Below are positions 10,889-21,200 of a DNA stretch of 64,000 nucleotides, one piece after another. The DNA is from Cyanobacteria bacterium P01_D01_bin.1. GTDB taxonomy: Bacteria; Cyanobacteriota; Cyanobacteriia; Phormidesmidales; Phormidesmidaceae. How positions within the stretch are numbered: the first letter of the stretch is position 1; each line of letters starts with the position of its first letter. The stretch is taken from NCBI GenBank assembly GCA_039111275.1, contig JBCCOH010000003.1, positions 27,066 through 91,065 of the forward strand. The letters are read 5' to 3'. The position numbers and the translations under genes were made by a program. Under the pieces are notes generated by a model. That model was not told where the DNA came from. It saw only the letters and a program-made list of their open reading frames with translations, and searched no databases.

Positions 10889-12142
10889 ATGAACAAAAGC
10901 GCTGAGATTATTTGTGTAGGAACAGAGCTATTGCTTGGCGATATCTTGAATAGCAACGTTCAATATTTAGCTCAGCAGCTAGCGAGTTTGGGCATCGCCC
11001 ATCACTATCAGACCGTCGTCGGCGACAATCCAACTCGAATCAAACAGGCTGTGGCAATTGCTTGCGATCGCGCCCGCCTAATTATTCTGACAGGGGGTCT
11101 AGGTCCCACCCCAGACGATCTCACCCTAGCTGCTCTTGCTGACTTCTTTTCTACTCCCCTGGTAGAACGCCCAGAAATCGTCGCTGACCTCGAAGAAAAG
11201 TTTGCCAAACGGGGGCAAACGCTTAGCCAAACCAGTCGCAGACAGGCACTGCTACCAGAGCGCACAGAAATTTTGCCTAATCCTGTTGGCTCTGCGCCCG
11301 GCGTCATCTGGATGCCGAGGCCAGGACTGACGATCATGACCTTTCCTGGCGTTCCTTGGGAGATGAAAGCAATGTGGACAGCGACCGCAGTTCCTTATCT
11401 GTATGCAACCCACTGGGCAAGCGGCGTGATCCACAGCCGAACTCTGAATTTTTGGGGCATTGGTGAATCGACTTTGTCACAAAAGGTGGCGGATTTCCTT
11501 GCCTTGGATAATCCAACAGTGGCCCCTTATGCATTAGGAGGCAAAGTGATCTTACGAATTTCGGCTAGCGCGGAGTCGGTAGCGGCTGCGAACCAGCTGA
11601 TTGATCCTGTGGCCACGGAGATCCGTGAACTCACTGGGGATGCTTGCTACGGGCAAGATGACGAGACGCTGGCAGATGTGGTGGGGATGCTACTGAGGAC
11701 GCGATCGCAAACCCTAAGTGTCGCCGAATCTTGCACGGGTGGCAGTTTAGGCGGTCTCATTACCGCAGTTCCGGGTAGCTCCAGCTATTTTTGGGGCGGT
11801 GTCATCTCTTATGACAACCGGGTAAAGCAGCAGGTGCTAGGCGTAGATGCAGCACTGCTTGCTCGCTGCGGTGCGGTGAGTGCGGAAGTGGCAGCAGCAA
11901 TGGCTTCGGGAGTACGTGATCGCCTAGAAACAGACTGGGCACTTAGCATCACTGGGATTGCCGGACCGGGCGGCGGCAGCAATGAAAAACCAGTCGGCCT
12001 AGTCTATATCGGCCTGGCCTCAAAGGGTGGGATCAAAACAGAGAAGCATTTGTTCGGCCAAGCAGCCTCGCGTGATCGCCTCCGTCAGCAAAGCGCGCTT
12101 AGTGCGTTAGATCTTTTACGAATGGAACTGCTGAGCCAGTAG
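10889..12142 (+). CDS. cinA: competence/damage-inducible protein A (MoCF-like domain plus PncC domain)
   Basis: AEIICVGTELLLG, GGLGPTPDD, SVAESCTGG and SITGIAGPGG. Confidence 0.95.
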   Translation: MNKSAEIICVGTELLLGDILNSNVQYLAQQLASLGIAHHYQTVVGDNPTRIKQAVAIACDRARLIILTGGLGPTPDDLTLAALADFFSTPLVERPEIVADLEEKFAKRGQTLSQTSRRQALLPERTEILPNPVGSAPGVIWMPRPGLTIMTFPGVPWEMKAMWTATAVPYLYATHWASGVIHSRTLNFWGIGESTLSQKVADFLALDNPTVAPYALGGKVILRISASAESVAAANQLIDPVATEIRELTGDACYGQDDETLADVVGMLLRTRSQTLSVAESCTGGSLGGLITAVPGSSSYFWGGVISYDNRVKQQVLGVDAALLARCGAVSAEVAAAMASGVRDRLETDWALSITGIAGPGGGSNEKPVGLVYIGLASKGGIKTEKHLFGQAASRDRLRQQSALSALDLLRMELLSQ

Positions 12143-12518
12143 GCTGAGTTAGCAGGCGGTTTGAAGCTGGTTTTGTGCAGACTGTCTGTTTCAAAAGTTC
12201 AAAAGGTAGATAAAAGTATGCAAATTGAAAGCAGACAGAGCAATCATCTGCTTTGGCTACGGTGGTACTAGTGAATCTTACTTCTAAAGAAATAAGGGAA
12301 ATTATGTAAATCACCCCATTGGTCTTCTTGATCATTGCTCAGGATTGGTTATCATAAGTACACAGATGAGGGCGATCCCGTCGCTGTTTCACTAGATGTG
12401 GTGGTTGGCAAGCGGTTGGCGTCAGTGTCTGTCTCCATAGATTTGTGACCAAGGTAAGTGTGTGCCGGGGTTACAGGCCACGGAGCTGCTGAGAAGATGA
12501 GAGGGAGCAATCTAGCTC

Positions 12519-12659
12519 ATGGATTACATAGATCAGGCACTTGATAAGCTCAGAGAATGGGTAGATAAAGTTATCGATGCCTTGTTTGGCCCTCAGGCAC
12601 AGCCTGAGCATGAGCCGATTCCAATCCCAGTAGATGATCGCAGATCCAGACGGCGCTAG
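12519..12659 (+). CDS. 46-aa small protein MDYIDQALDKLREWVDKVIDALFGPQAQPEHEPIPIPVDDRRSRRR (below the ORF-track cutoff)
   Basis: ATG with GAGGGAG about 11 nt upstream, an amphipathic helix, a PIPIPV motif and an Arg-rich tail. Resembles small proteins I recall from other cyanobacteria (not verified). Confidence 0.7.
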   Translation: MDYIDQALDKLREWVDKVIDALFGPQAQPEHEPIPIPVDDRRSRRR

Positions 12660-12819
12660 TCTGTCTCGAAGTGCAGACTCTACGTTTCTAAATATTTCTA
12701 ATGCCGAGTATTTAGTGCTGAATATTCAGTGCAAAGTATCAAGAGTACAAAGTGTCAAGCGCTCAGCATTCAGCGCTGAGTATTAGGCATAAAGTATCAA
12801 GTGCTAAGTAAAGTATCAA

Positions 12820-13302
12820 GTGCTGAATATTCTGATATTGAACGGTCCCAACATAAACATGCTGGGAAAGCGAGAGCCCGAGATTTATGGTTCTCAGACG
12901 CTTGAAGATATTAACTGCGAACTAAAGGAGGTTGCGGAGGCTTTGGAAGTAACCCTAACCTTTTTTCAATCGAATCATGAAGGTGCCTTGGTGGACACGA
13001 TTCAGGCTGCGCTGAACGTTCACCAAGGCATTTTGATTAATCCAGGTGCTTACACTCACACAAGCGTGGCAATTCGTGATGCCATTGCCGCTGTTGCCCT
13101 GCCCACGGTCGAGGTCCACCTCAGCAATATTCACCAGCGCGAAGCCTTTCGCCATCATTCGTACATTGCGCCAGTTGCCATCGGTCAGATTAGTGGCTTT
13201 GGCGCAGACAGCTATCGTCTGGGTTTAGAAGGTCTAGCTAGACATCTGCAAGCAAAGACATCTGCAAGCAAAACAATAAGGCCAAGTAATAAGGCAAAGT
13301 GA
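12820..13302 (+). CDS. aroQ: type II 3-dehydroquinate dehydratase
   Basis: [27 protein letters not shown] and EVHLSN. Confidence 0.97.
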   Translation: MLNILILNGPNINMLGKREPEIYGSQTLEDINCELKEVAEALEVTLTFFQSNHEGALVDTIQAALNVHQGILINPGAYTHTSVAIRDAIAAVALPTVEVHLSNIHQREAFRHHSYIAPVAIGQISGFGADSYRLGLEGLARHLQAKTSASKTIRPSNKAK

Positions 13303-13321
13303 CAGCCAGAAGTAAGACATC

Positions 13322-13927
13322 ATGATTGCTGCTAGTCCGGCTCAGGCCAAAATCAAGTTTCTAAAAACGCCAACCTCTCAGGCATGGCTGGATCAGGCGA
13401 TCGCAAATACAGATACCATTTTGCTAGACCATGCCCAGTGCGAACGCAAGGCGGCAGGTACGGCGATTCAGATGATGTCGCGCTATCCATCGAGTGTGGA
13501 ACTAGTGCGCGAACTGACGGCGATCGCGCAAGAAGAACTCAGTCATTACGACCAAGTCAACAACTGGCTAGAAAAACGCGGCATTCCCTTACAACCTGTC
13601 TCGCCGCCCCCCTATGGCGCAGGTCTAAAGAAATGCGTTCGCCGACAAGAGCCTGATCGCATGCTAGATTTGCTGCTGGTGTCTGCCTTGATTGAGGCTC
13701 GCAGTCACGAGCGGCTAGGTCTTTTAGGCAAGCATTGCCCTGACCCACAGCTAGCGAAATTTTACCGATCGCTGATGGCATCGGAGGCGAGGCACTACGG
13801 CAGCTACTGGCTTTTGGCGACGACTTACTTTCATGCTGATCTGGTGAATGAAAGATTAGCTGAGCTAGCTGAGGCAGAAAGCGAGATTCTTAGTACGCTG
13901 TATTCTGAACCGCGAATTCATAGCTAG
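13322..13927 (+). CDS. miaE: tRNA ms2io6A hydroxylase (di-iron)
   Basis: DHAQCERKAA, EELSHY, EARSHER and SEARHYG. Confidence 0.93.
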   Translation: MIAASPAQAKIKFLKTPTSQAWLDQAIANTDTILLDHAQCERKAAGTAIQMMSRYPSSVELVRELTAIAQEELSHYDQVNNWLEKRGIPLQPVSPPPYGAGLKKCVRRQEPDRMLDLLLVSALIEARSHERLGLLGKHCPDPQLAKFYRSLMASEARHYGSYWLLATTYFHADLVNERLAELAEAESEILSTLYSEPRIHS

Positions 13928-13948
13928 CGAAGAAATGCGGGTGGGGAA

Positions 13949-14488
13949 GTGCGATTGGGGAAGTGCAGATGGAGAAGTGCTGGTGGAGAAGTGCTGGTGG
14001 ATATAAAGTTTAAGGACTTTTGGATTCGAGATTGGCAGGTGGGTGATCGCGACGAGGCGGTCCATGTCGTCAAGACTGTCCTCGAAGAATATGGTCTGGG
14101 CTGGGAAGTCAGCTGTAGCGGCTGCAGTGACCAGGACGCGGTGGAAGTCGAAAAGTACTATCAACGCTCGGGCGGTGAATTTTGGGTGGTGGAACGCGAC
14201 CACAAAATCATCGGCACGGGCGGCTACTACCCAATCGAGCGCAGCCAAAAAGCCGCTGAAATCCGCAAAATGTACCTGCTTCCTGATGCTAGAGGCTACG
14301 GATTAGGACGATTTTTGTTAACGCAGCTAGAGCAAGCGGCTGCTAAAAAAGGCTTTCTAGAAATCTGGGTAGAGACCGCTACCGTGCTTGATGCAGCCGT
14401 TCGACTATATGAGCGAAACGGATATCAGCCGACCAGCGGCACAGAGACTGAACGCTGCGACAAGGTCTATCGAAAGCGAATTTCGTAG
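13949..14488 (+). CDS. GNAT family N-acetyltransferase
   Basis: AEIRKMYLLPDARGYGLGRFLL (acetyl-CoA motif A) and AVRLYERNGY. The true start is probably the GTG near 13998, because the 5' part is a tandem repeat. Confidence 0.88.
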   Translation: MRLGKCRWRSAGGEVLVDIKFKDFWIRDWQVGDRDEAVHVVKTVLEEYGLGWEVSCSGCSDQDAVEVEKYYQRSGGEFWVVERDHKIIGTGGYYPIERSQKAAEIRKMYLLPDARGYGLGRFLLTQLEQAAAKKGFLEIWVETATVLDAAVRLYERNGYQPTSGTETERCDKVYRKRIS

Positions 14489-14553
14489 AATTTGCTGTCT
14501 TATTCTGCTATATGGTGTGAAAAACCTATTGAAGCTAGGGACAGACAGGAGCT

Positions 14554-16017
14554 ATGAGTTCGATTAATGCCTCTCCTACGAAGAATTTCTTTGTAGATAT
14601 GCTCACTAGAGACATCGATTTAAAAGATGCCATTCTAGATTTGCTAGATAACTGCATAGATGGCATTCAACGAGTAACGAGAGGAAAAGAACCCACAGAC
14701 AGACCGTATGAAGGCTTCTGGGCAAACATTCAGCTGTCTAATTCTTCTTTTTTGATTGAGGATAACTGTGGCGGTATCCCGCTAGAAGTGGCTGAGCGCT
14801 ATGCCTTTCGGATGGGCAAGCCGAAGGATATCAATGATGATGACGACATTTTCACTATCGGCACCTACGGTATTGGCATGAAGCGAGCCATTTTCAAAAT
14901 GGGGCGCTCTGCTGAGGTGTTTTCCCAGACTGATGCCGACGCTTTTAAGGTGTTGATTCGACCAGACTGGTTGGTGAGTGATGACAGCTGGGATCTACCT
15001 GTAGAGACGACCGACCATGCGGATGAAGAGGCTGGAACCTCGATTGAGATTCTAGAACTGCGAGATGAGGCGGCGCGGCAGCTGGGGGATGAGTCTTTTT
15101 GGAATGAGCTAGCCAGCGAGATTGAGGGGCTGTATAGCTATATTTTGGCGAAGGGCTTCGAGATTGTGGTGAACGGTGAGCAGATTGAGCCAAGGCCGAT
15201 TGTGTTGCAGTGGGAAGGGCTCAGTAAGCTAAAGAGTCGGGATAAGGAGGCGATCGCACCCTACCTATACGAAGCTACTAGGGCCGACGTCGATATCAAG
15301 CTAGCCGTTGGGCTCCGCCGCAAGCTGCCCACTGCCAAAGAAGTCGATAGAGCCTCCGAGCGCAAACGCACCAAGAGAGACGATGCGGGCTGGACCATCG
15401 TTTGCAATGACCGCGTCGTGGTTGCGAACGACAAAACCATCTTGACCGGCTGGGGCGAAACTGGCATTCCTCGCTATCATCCGCAGTTCATCTCCATTTC
15501 GGGCATTGTCGAATTCAAAAGCAAAGATGCCAGGCAGCTGCCGATTACGACGACTAAGCGAGGTATCGATGCATCGTCCGAGCTGTACCTGTATGTAAAA
15601 GAGCGGATGCGGGAGGGATTGAGACTCTTCACCACTCATACCAACAAATGGAAGCAGGTGGCAAAAGCCAAAGCAGAAGAGCAGTCTAAGCCCAAAAAAG
15701 CGCGGACTAAGCTAGAAACGCCCGCTGCTATGTTCGATCAAGTCAAGGCTATAGATGAGAATCCGACCTCGTCGAATGCGCCGAAGATTTGGAAATCAGT
15801 AAAGTCCGATCAGTTTGAAGTAGAGCGGCGATACATTCCAAATCTGCCCTCGCCCCCGGTCGTAGATCAGACCAAAAGAATCAGCTTCTCCAAGCCGATT
15901 GAAGATATTCGCACAATTGGAGAATTCTTGCTCGGCGATCCAGACTGTTCTCCTGCGGCGGTAGGCGAAGCCTGTTTTCAGACAATATTGGATCAGGCGA
16001 TGGAAGAAGAGATCTGA
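14554..16017 (+). CDS. GHKL (HATPase_c_3 / MORC-MutL-like) ATPase with S5-like second domain
   Basis: N-box DAILDLLDNCIDG, G1 IEDNCGGI, G2 IGTYGIGMKRA, GTSIEI, then AGWTIVCNDRVV and LPITTTKRG. AGGAG RBS upstream. Confidence 0.82.
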   Translation: MSSINASPTKNFFVDMLTRDIDLKDAILDLLDNCIDGIQRVTRGKEPTDRPYEGFWANIQLSNSSFLIEDNCGGIPLEVAERYAFRMGKPKDINDDDDIFTIGTYGIGMKRAIFKMGRSAEVFSQTDADAFKVLIRPDWLVSDDSWDLPVETTDHADEEAGTSIEILELRDEAARQLGDESFWNELASEIEGLYSYILAKGFEIVVNGEQIEPRPIVLQWEGLSKLKSRDKEAIAPYLYEATRADVDIKLAVGLRRKLPTAKEVDRASERKRTKRDDAGWTIVCNDRVVVANDKTILTGWGETGIPRYHPQFISISGIVEFKSKDARQLPITTTKRGIDASSELYLYVKERMREGLRLFTTHTNKWKQVAKAKAEEQSKPKKARTKLETPAAMFDQVKAIDENPTSSNAPKIWKSVKSDQFEVERRYIPNLPSPPVVDQTKRISFSKPIEDIRTIGEFLLGDPDCSPAAVGEACFQTILDQAMEEEI

Positions 16018-18344
16018 GAAAGCGCTGTGATCACAGGACTCATCTCGGCATCTTGCAAATTATCAGGTTTGCTCCAGGTAAAGGGAGCCTGCTTGGCGGC
16101 GGATATCCACAGCAGCTTTTTCGCTCTAGTCATAGCGACATAGAGTAGGCGAAATTCTTCAGCCCGCTCGAGATTAGTGGCTTGTTGCCAAGCGTCTTCG
16201 ATGTTGGGAATGGGCGCGGGCTTGCGGTCTTGGGTGTAGACGGCGTGAGTGTGCGCGCGCAGCTGGGCGCGGGCCACTTCGTCGAGGGAGAAATTGCCAA
16301 GGAACTGCATTTGAGGCGGAACCCAGGATTCGCCAGGAAGGTTGCGCTTGTGCAGGAACGGCAAGCAAACAATGTCCCAGTCGAGTCCTTTGGCCTTATG
16401 CATGGTCATGATTGTCAGCTGACCAGGACGAGCGTACTGCGATTCGGTGTTTTCGGCTTCGACAGCGCGAAACCTTTCGCTACTAAGCAGTTCTTGGAGC
16501 GCTTCTAGCATGGCAGTGAGGGTGCTGTCCTCCAAAGTCTGCTGTGCGATACGGGCGGCGAGCTTGTCGGCGGTGGCAAGCTCGCTCTGGTTGTATTGCA
16601 GCGTTAAGCCCAGGAAAGGAATCAGGTGGTAGGCGGGCAATTCGAGCCTCGCACGAATCAAGGCGGCGCAGTATCGGCGAGCTTGGCGGGCGGCAGCGTC
16701 GGTGGGGGGTTCGTCGAGTGGGCCAGGGTAGAGAAACTGCTCTGGGTTGGTGGCGAGGGGGTTGAGGTCTTGCGTAGGAATGAGCTGACGAGAGACGAAG
16801 ACGCGCAGGGCCGCTTTGATATTGTCTGGCGAGTGAGGGCGTTCGATGAATTGCAGCAGAGTGAGCATTTCGCTAGGGACGTGGCTTTTGCGATCGCGCT
16901 CCCCCACATCATAAATTTCAATCCCCGTTTCACCAAAGTCGAACCCTAGCCGCTTGGGATCTTCTAAAATTTCGCGAATAAACTTGCCCTGTCGGCTTTC
17001 ACGCACCAGCACAGCAAGACTGATCGTTTCATCTTCGGCGTAGGCAGCAGCGGCACGTTTGGCTAGCCGTTTTACCGAGTCGATCACTGTCTGCGGTCGG
17101 ACAATCTCAAGACCGCCACCGATTTGAGGCGGGTTGGCATTGGGCTGCGGATCGTTCGGACCCACAGGTAGGATCTCCTGATTGCGGAAAGGATTGCCTG
17201 GACTGTTGCGGTTGACCCATTGTAGGGTGAAGTTAGCGGCGTTCATGATGCGATCGCAGCTTCTTCCTGCCTGTTCAATCGTCGCCAGTTTTCCCCCTGC
17301 TTCACCTCGCTCGCAGGCGTCACAAAACTGATTAAAGAAGACTGGATCAGCCGGTGTAAATGTCGAATTGATCGCCTGATTCGGATCGCCTACGCGAACT
17401 AAATTCAAGGGACTTGTCCGATCTTCTGGATCGCCTGCCAATATTTCTAGAAGCTGAGTTTGCAAAGGAGACGAGTCCTGCGCTTCATCCTCAAAAATAG
17501 CAAACACTCGGCTCTGCCACAGCTTACGAACATCTGGCTCTGCCAGCGTCTTTAGCGCCGCTAGAATCATATCGTCATAATCGATTAGCCCTTGCGCGGT
17601 CAGCAGTGCCTGATAGTGCGCATAGAGTCCAGCGGCAATCACCACGACCGCATAGTCGCTTGCCCCCTCCTCGAACCCAAATGTTAGTCCCTGCGCAATC
17701 TCCATCAGCGCATCGGGCAGCAGCCCAGAGCTTTTCGCCTCATGGATCACGGTGTAGGCAAGCGCAGGTAGGACTTCGGTCCGCAGTACGGTCATGCGTC
17801 TAAGCCGTTCCGCCTCTTCGCCATCAAAGCCTTGCCCTTCAATTAGCTGCTGATACATCGATGGATGGCCTTCTATCCACCGTTCGACGGCCATCCGAAT
17901 CAGCCGATGGCTTTGGGTCGGCGAAACCAGTGTAGTGCCTTCCGAATCCAGACTAGAAAGATTGATGCCCGAAATCTCGGAGTGGCGAGTGGCAATGTTC
18001 AATGCCAGTCCATGCAGGGTGTGAACAACGAAGCTGTTTTGTGGCAGCGAGAGATCTTTGAGGTGCTGGCGGACTTTTGCCTTTAGGTTGGCAGCGGCGG
18101 ATCGAGTAAAGGTGACAAGGACGAGCTGCTTGCGGGCGTGGAGCTGATGATTGGAAATTGCGATCGCCGCCCCTGCTGCCATCCCGGTTGATTTGCCCGA
18201 ACCGGGCACTGCTGAGACTGCCAGCGGACCCGATTGCCACGTAGCGAGTGCTCTTTGTCCGGGGCGCAAACTGTCTTCTAGCGACTGAATTTGCTGCTCT
18301 CTTGCTGCTGCTATTTCGGATGGACTAGACAGTACGGCAACCAT
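15993..18344 (-). CDS. UvrD/Rep/PcrA-family SF1 helicase
   Basis: Walker A AVPGSGKS, LVTFTRSAA, DEAQD, VGDPNQAI, TMHKAKGLDWD and RLLYVAMTRAK. Confidence 0.92.
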   Translation of the reverse strand: MVAVLSSPSEIAAAREQQIQSLEDSLRPGQRALATWQSGPLAVSAVPGSGKSTGMAAGAAIAISNHQLHARKQLVLVTFTRSAAANLKAKVRQHLKDLSLPQNSFVVHTLHGLALNIATRHSEISGINLSSLDSEGTTLVSPTQSHRLIRMAVERWIEGHPSMYQQLIEGQGFDGEEAERLRRMTVLRTEVLPALAYTVIHEAKSSGLLPDALMEIAQGLTFGFEEGASDYAVVVIAAGLYAHYQALLTAQGLIDYDDMILAALKTLAEPDVRKLWQSRVFAIFEDEAQDSSPLQTQLLEILAGDPEDRTSPLNLVRVGDPNQAINSTFTPADPVFFNQFCDACERGEAGGKLATIEQAGRSCDRIMNAANFTLQWVNRNSPGNPFRNQEILPVGPNDPQPNANPPQIGGGLEIVRPQTVIDSVKRLAKRAAAAYAEDETISLAVLVRESRQGKFIREILEDPKRLGFDFGETGIEIYDVGERDRKSHVPSEMLTLLQFIERPHSPDNIKAALRVFVSRQLIPTQDLNPLATNPEQFLYPGPLDEPPTDAAARQARRYCAALIRARLELPAYHLIPFLGLTLQYNQSELATADKLAARIAQQTLEDSTLTAMLEALQELLSSERFRAVEAENTESQYARPGQLTIMTMHKAKGLDWDIVCLPFLHKRNLPGESWVPPQMQFLGNFSLDEVARAQLRAHTHAVYTQDRKPAPIPNIEDAWQQATNLERAEEFRLLYVAMTRAKKLLWISAAKQAPFTWSKPDNLQDAEMSPVITALSQISSSIA

Positions 18345-18714
18345 AGATCGAAATGGTACAAATGAACGTCTGATAGAAATTTTAGTGGATTCCCATGCTT
18401 TCTATGAGCAAAACTGAGCTGCCACCTGCCGAGTTGGGAAAACTCTATCTTTACAATCTTGTTTAGTAGAGCCGCTGCTGTGTTAGCCGCTTGCTGGGCA
18501 CTCAGCGGTTTTTCACTGCATATGGGTCGATAGATAGCCTAGTTTTTTCGATGAAGTATCAGTGCTGCTCACCCCTACTTTGGACTTACAGGTACAGCCA
18601 TTCGCTAAAGTGCCTAGAATGGAAGCGTGTTGATAGATTATTGTCAAGGTTTCTGGTGGCGAAAGTATTGGCGGCGGAAGTATTGGCGGCAAGTGTCGGG
18701 GGACAAACGCAACT

Positions 18715-21180
18715 GTGATTCAGGAATTTGGACTATCCATCACTGCAGTAGGTGACGATCAATACTGGGTCCGCACCGAAAGGGTTGCCAAAGGTGTGCA
18801 ACTGGCAGAAGAAAAGGTGCAATGGCCAGTAGCAGACTGGCTCGAGCAGGCTAAGTCACTGATGCACGATCCGCTGTTAGGTCTGCTAAAAGGACAGCAG
18901 AATCGCGTCGTGGCTACCCGTCCTGATGGCAGTTCCTCTGTGAGGTCGGCGGACGATACAAACCTGATAACACTAGTTCATCTGGGCAAAACGCTGCACA
19001 ACGAGCTATTTAGAGGTCAGCTTCGTGATAGCTGGGTCGCCGCTCAAGGGGTCGCTCATCACCGACAAGATCTGCTGCGTTTGCGCATCGGTATCAAAGA
19101 TAGCCGTCTTCAGCAGCTACCTTGGGAAGCCCTCCATGCAGGTACTAGACCCCTAGCTACCGGCACCGACGTTATCTTCTCTCGCTACATTCTAAATCGC
19201 CATCAGGTTCATTCCAATCCAGCAGTGCAATCTAGTGCTGCGGGTCAGGTACTGCGAATTCTGATGGTCATCGCCGCACCTAATGATCAAGAGCGTCTAG
19301 AGCTCAAGCAAGAGGTCCATCATCTACAGCTAGAACTTCACCCTCGAATGGTTGAGGCGAGCGATTCATCTGTAGATGTCCAGTTGAAGATATTAGAGCA
19401 GCCAGGACGCGCAGAATTAACTCAAGAACTAGAGCGGGGCAATTATCAAGCGCTGCACTATGCGGGTCACAGCAACCTAGGGAATGCAGGCGGCGATCTG
19501 TATTTAGTTAGCCGTCAGACTGGCTTGACCGAGCGGCTGAGCGGTGAGGATTTAGCAGGTTTGCTGGTAAACAATGGTGTCAAGCTAGCTGTGTTTAATT
19601 CCTGTCGAGGCGGCTATAGTTCTGGCTCTGATGAAGGCTGGCAGGAACGCAATCTAGCCCAGGCGCTGGTCAATCGAGGCATGCCTGCTGTAATCGCGAT
19701 GACCGAGCGTATTCCTGATCATGTGGCGATTACGTTCACTCAGCTGCTATACCGCAACCTAAAGAAAGGTCTGGCGATTGACCTGAGTTTGAACAGAACG
19801 CGGCAGGGGCTAATTTCGGCCTATGGTTCTCATCAGTTCTATTGGGTGCTGCCTACGCTCTACATGCATCCTTTGTTTGACGGCTATCTGGTCAAAACCA
19901 AGGCTGAATTAGAGAATACTCGCCTGCTCGATACGATTGCCGACCCGTTTGGTGATATGTTCTCTGACCTGGGGCTGCCGGATATGGATCTGTCTATCCG
20001 TACGGCTCAAAAAGTGCCGACGACACAGAGTGTGGCGATCGCAATGCGTTCAACTTCCCCCACAGAGCCTATGGATGTCTCTGATTCAGGTACTTCAGAT
20101 ATAACAGCTTCTGATAGAAGGAGTCAGCATGACATAGAAGAGCCATTAACAGCTTTATCAAACGAGACTGTGGTCAAAGAAGTCTCTACGTCTACAGTTG
20201 CTAAGGGACTAGAAGACAGTAATAACCCAAGTGCTCTTGCAAGTAGAAAAAAATCTACTGGCTTTTATATGGAGCCGACGGCTGATTCTTCGACCGCTTC
20301 TGTGACGGCGTCAGCTGAAGGTCTCACTAATTCGCCTCAGAGCGAATTACCCAAGCTAGTTGGCGAGCGATTGTCTCGTAGCCACACGCTGCATACAAAA
20401 ATCTTGACGGTTCCAGGCGCTATTACACTTGGACTGATCGCTTTGTCTGGGATAACAGCAGTGACTTGGCTCAACAGAAGTCAGCCCAGGTCAGCTCCTG
20501 TTGAGAACGTTAGCGGACTGAGTTTGCCAACCCGAGTAGATCTTGCTTTTCAGCAGGATGATCTAGATGAAGCGACAGTAGCTATAAAGGCTTTGATTGA
20601 TAATAATCAATTCTCTGACGCGATCACAGCGCTACAGTCAGCTAACCAAACGCAGCAGCAAGATGCAATCATTGCGTTTCTAAAAGGACGGGCGCAGTGG
20701 GGACTAGTCAAGCAAAATAACAGCGAATATTCTGTCGACGATGTCAGACGTTCTTGGGTAACCGCTTTGGAGAGCGAGTCTGACTGGATGGAGATTACCA
20801 TGGCGCTGGGCTTTGCTCAATATGCGTCAGGCTTAGACCAGGCAGCGTTAGACTCTTGGCAGCGGGCGCTCGAACTTGCCGATAGGCAGTCAACAGATAA
20901 AGGGGCTTATTTCTCCGACCAGACTTTTGGAGAGTATGCACTCAATGCTCAGGCTGGGGTTGCGATCGCCGCGCTATCGCTAGCTGATATTGAAACCGAC
21001 CCAGCGGAAAAAGAGCTGCTGCTCAAACAGGCTGCGTCTGCCTATCGAGCAGTCATTACCGAAGCGCCTGCTGAGTTTAATGCCAACACGCTAGGCGCGA
21101 ACTGGCTATGGATAGAGGGTGCGATCGCCGATTGGGAAGCTGCCAAAGCGACGCTTAGTGACACTATCGAGATTGAATAG
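18715..21180 (+). CDS. hetF: HetF-like CHAT-domain (caspase-like) protease with a single TM and C-terminal TPR-like region
   Basis: N-terminus QEFGLSITAVG...VRTERVAKGVQLAEEKVQWPVADWL matches the HetF N-terminus as I recall it. CHAT dyad LHYAGHS / VFNSC, a Ser/Thr-rich linker, and a TM near residues 568-590. Confidence 0.8.
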   Translation: MIQEFGLSITAVGDDQYWVRTERVAKGVQLAEEKVQWPVADWLEQAKSLMHDPLLGLLKGQQNRVVATRPDGSSSVRSADDTNLITLVHLGKTLHNELFRGQLRDSWVAAQGVAHHRQDLLRLRIGIKDSRLQQLPWEALHAGTRPLATGTDVIFSRYILNRHQVHSNPAVQSSAAGQVLRILMVIAAPNDQERLELKQEVHHLQLELHPRMVEASDSSVDVQLKILEQPGRAELTQELERGNYQALHYAGHSNLGNAGGDLYLVSRQTGLTERLSGEDLAGLLVNNGVKLAVFNSCRGGYSSGSDEGWQERNLAQALVNRGMPAVIAMTERIPDHVAITFTQLLYRNLKKGLAIDLSLNRTRQGLISAYGSHQFYWVLPTLYMHPLFDGYLVKTKAELENTRLLDTIADPFGDMFSDLGLPDMDLSIRTAQKVPTTQSVAIAMRSTSPTEPMDVSDSGTSDITASDRRSQHDIEEPLTALSNETVVKEVSTSTVAKGLEDSNNPSALASRKKSTGFYMEPTADSSTASVTASAEGLTNSPQSELPKLVGERLSRSHTLHTKILTVPGAITLGLIALSGITAVTWLNRSQPRSAPVENVSGLSLPTRVDLAFQQDDLDEATVAIKALIDNNQFSDAITALQSANQTQQQDAIIAFLKGRAQWGLVKQNNSEYSVDDVRRSWVTALESESDWMEITMALGFAQYASGLDQAALDSWQRALELADRQSTDKGAYFSDQTFGEYALNAQAGVAIAALSLADIETDPAEKELLLKQAASAYRAVITEAPAEFNANTLGANWLWIEGAIADWEAAKATLSDTIEIE

Positions 21181-21200
21181 TGTCACTATTCTGGTGATTC

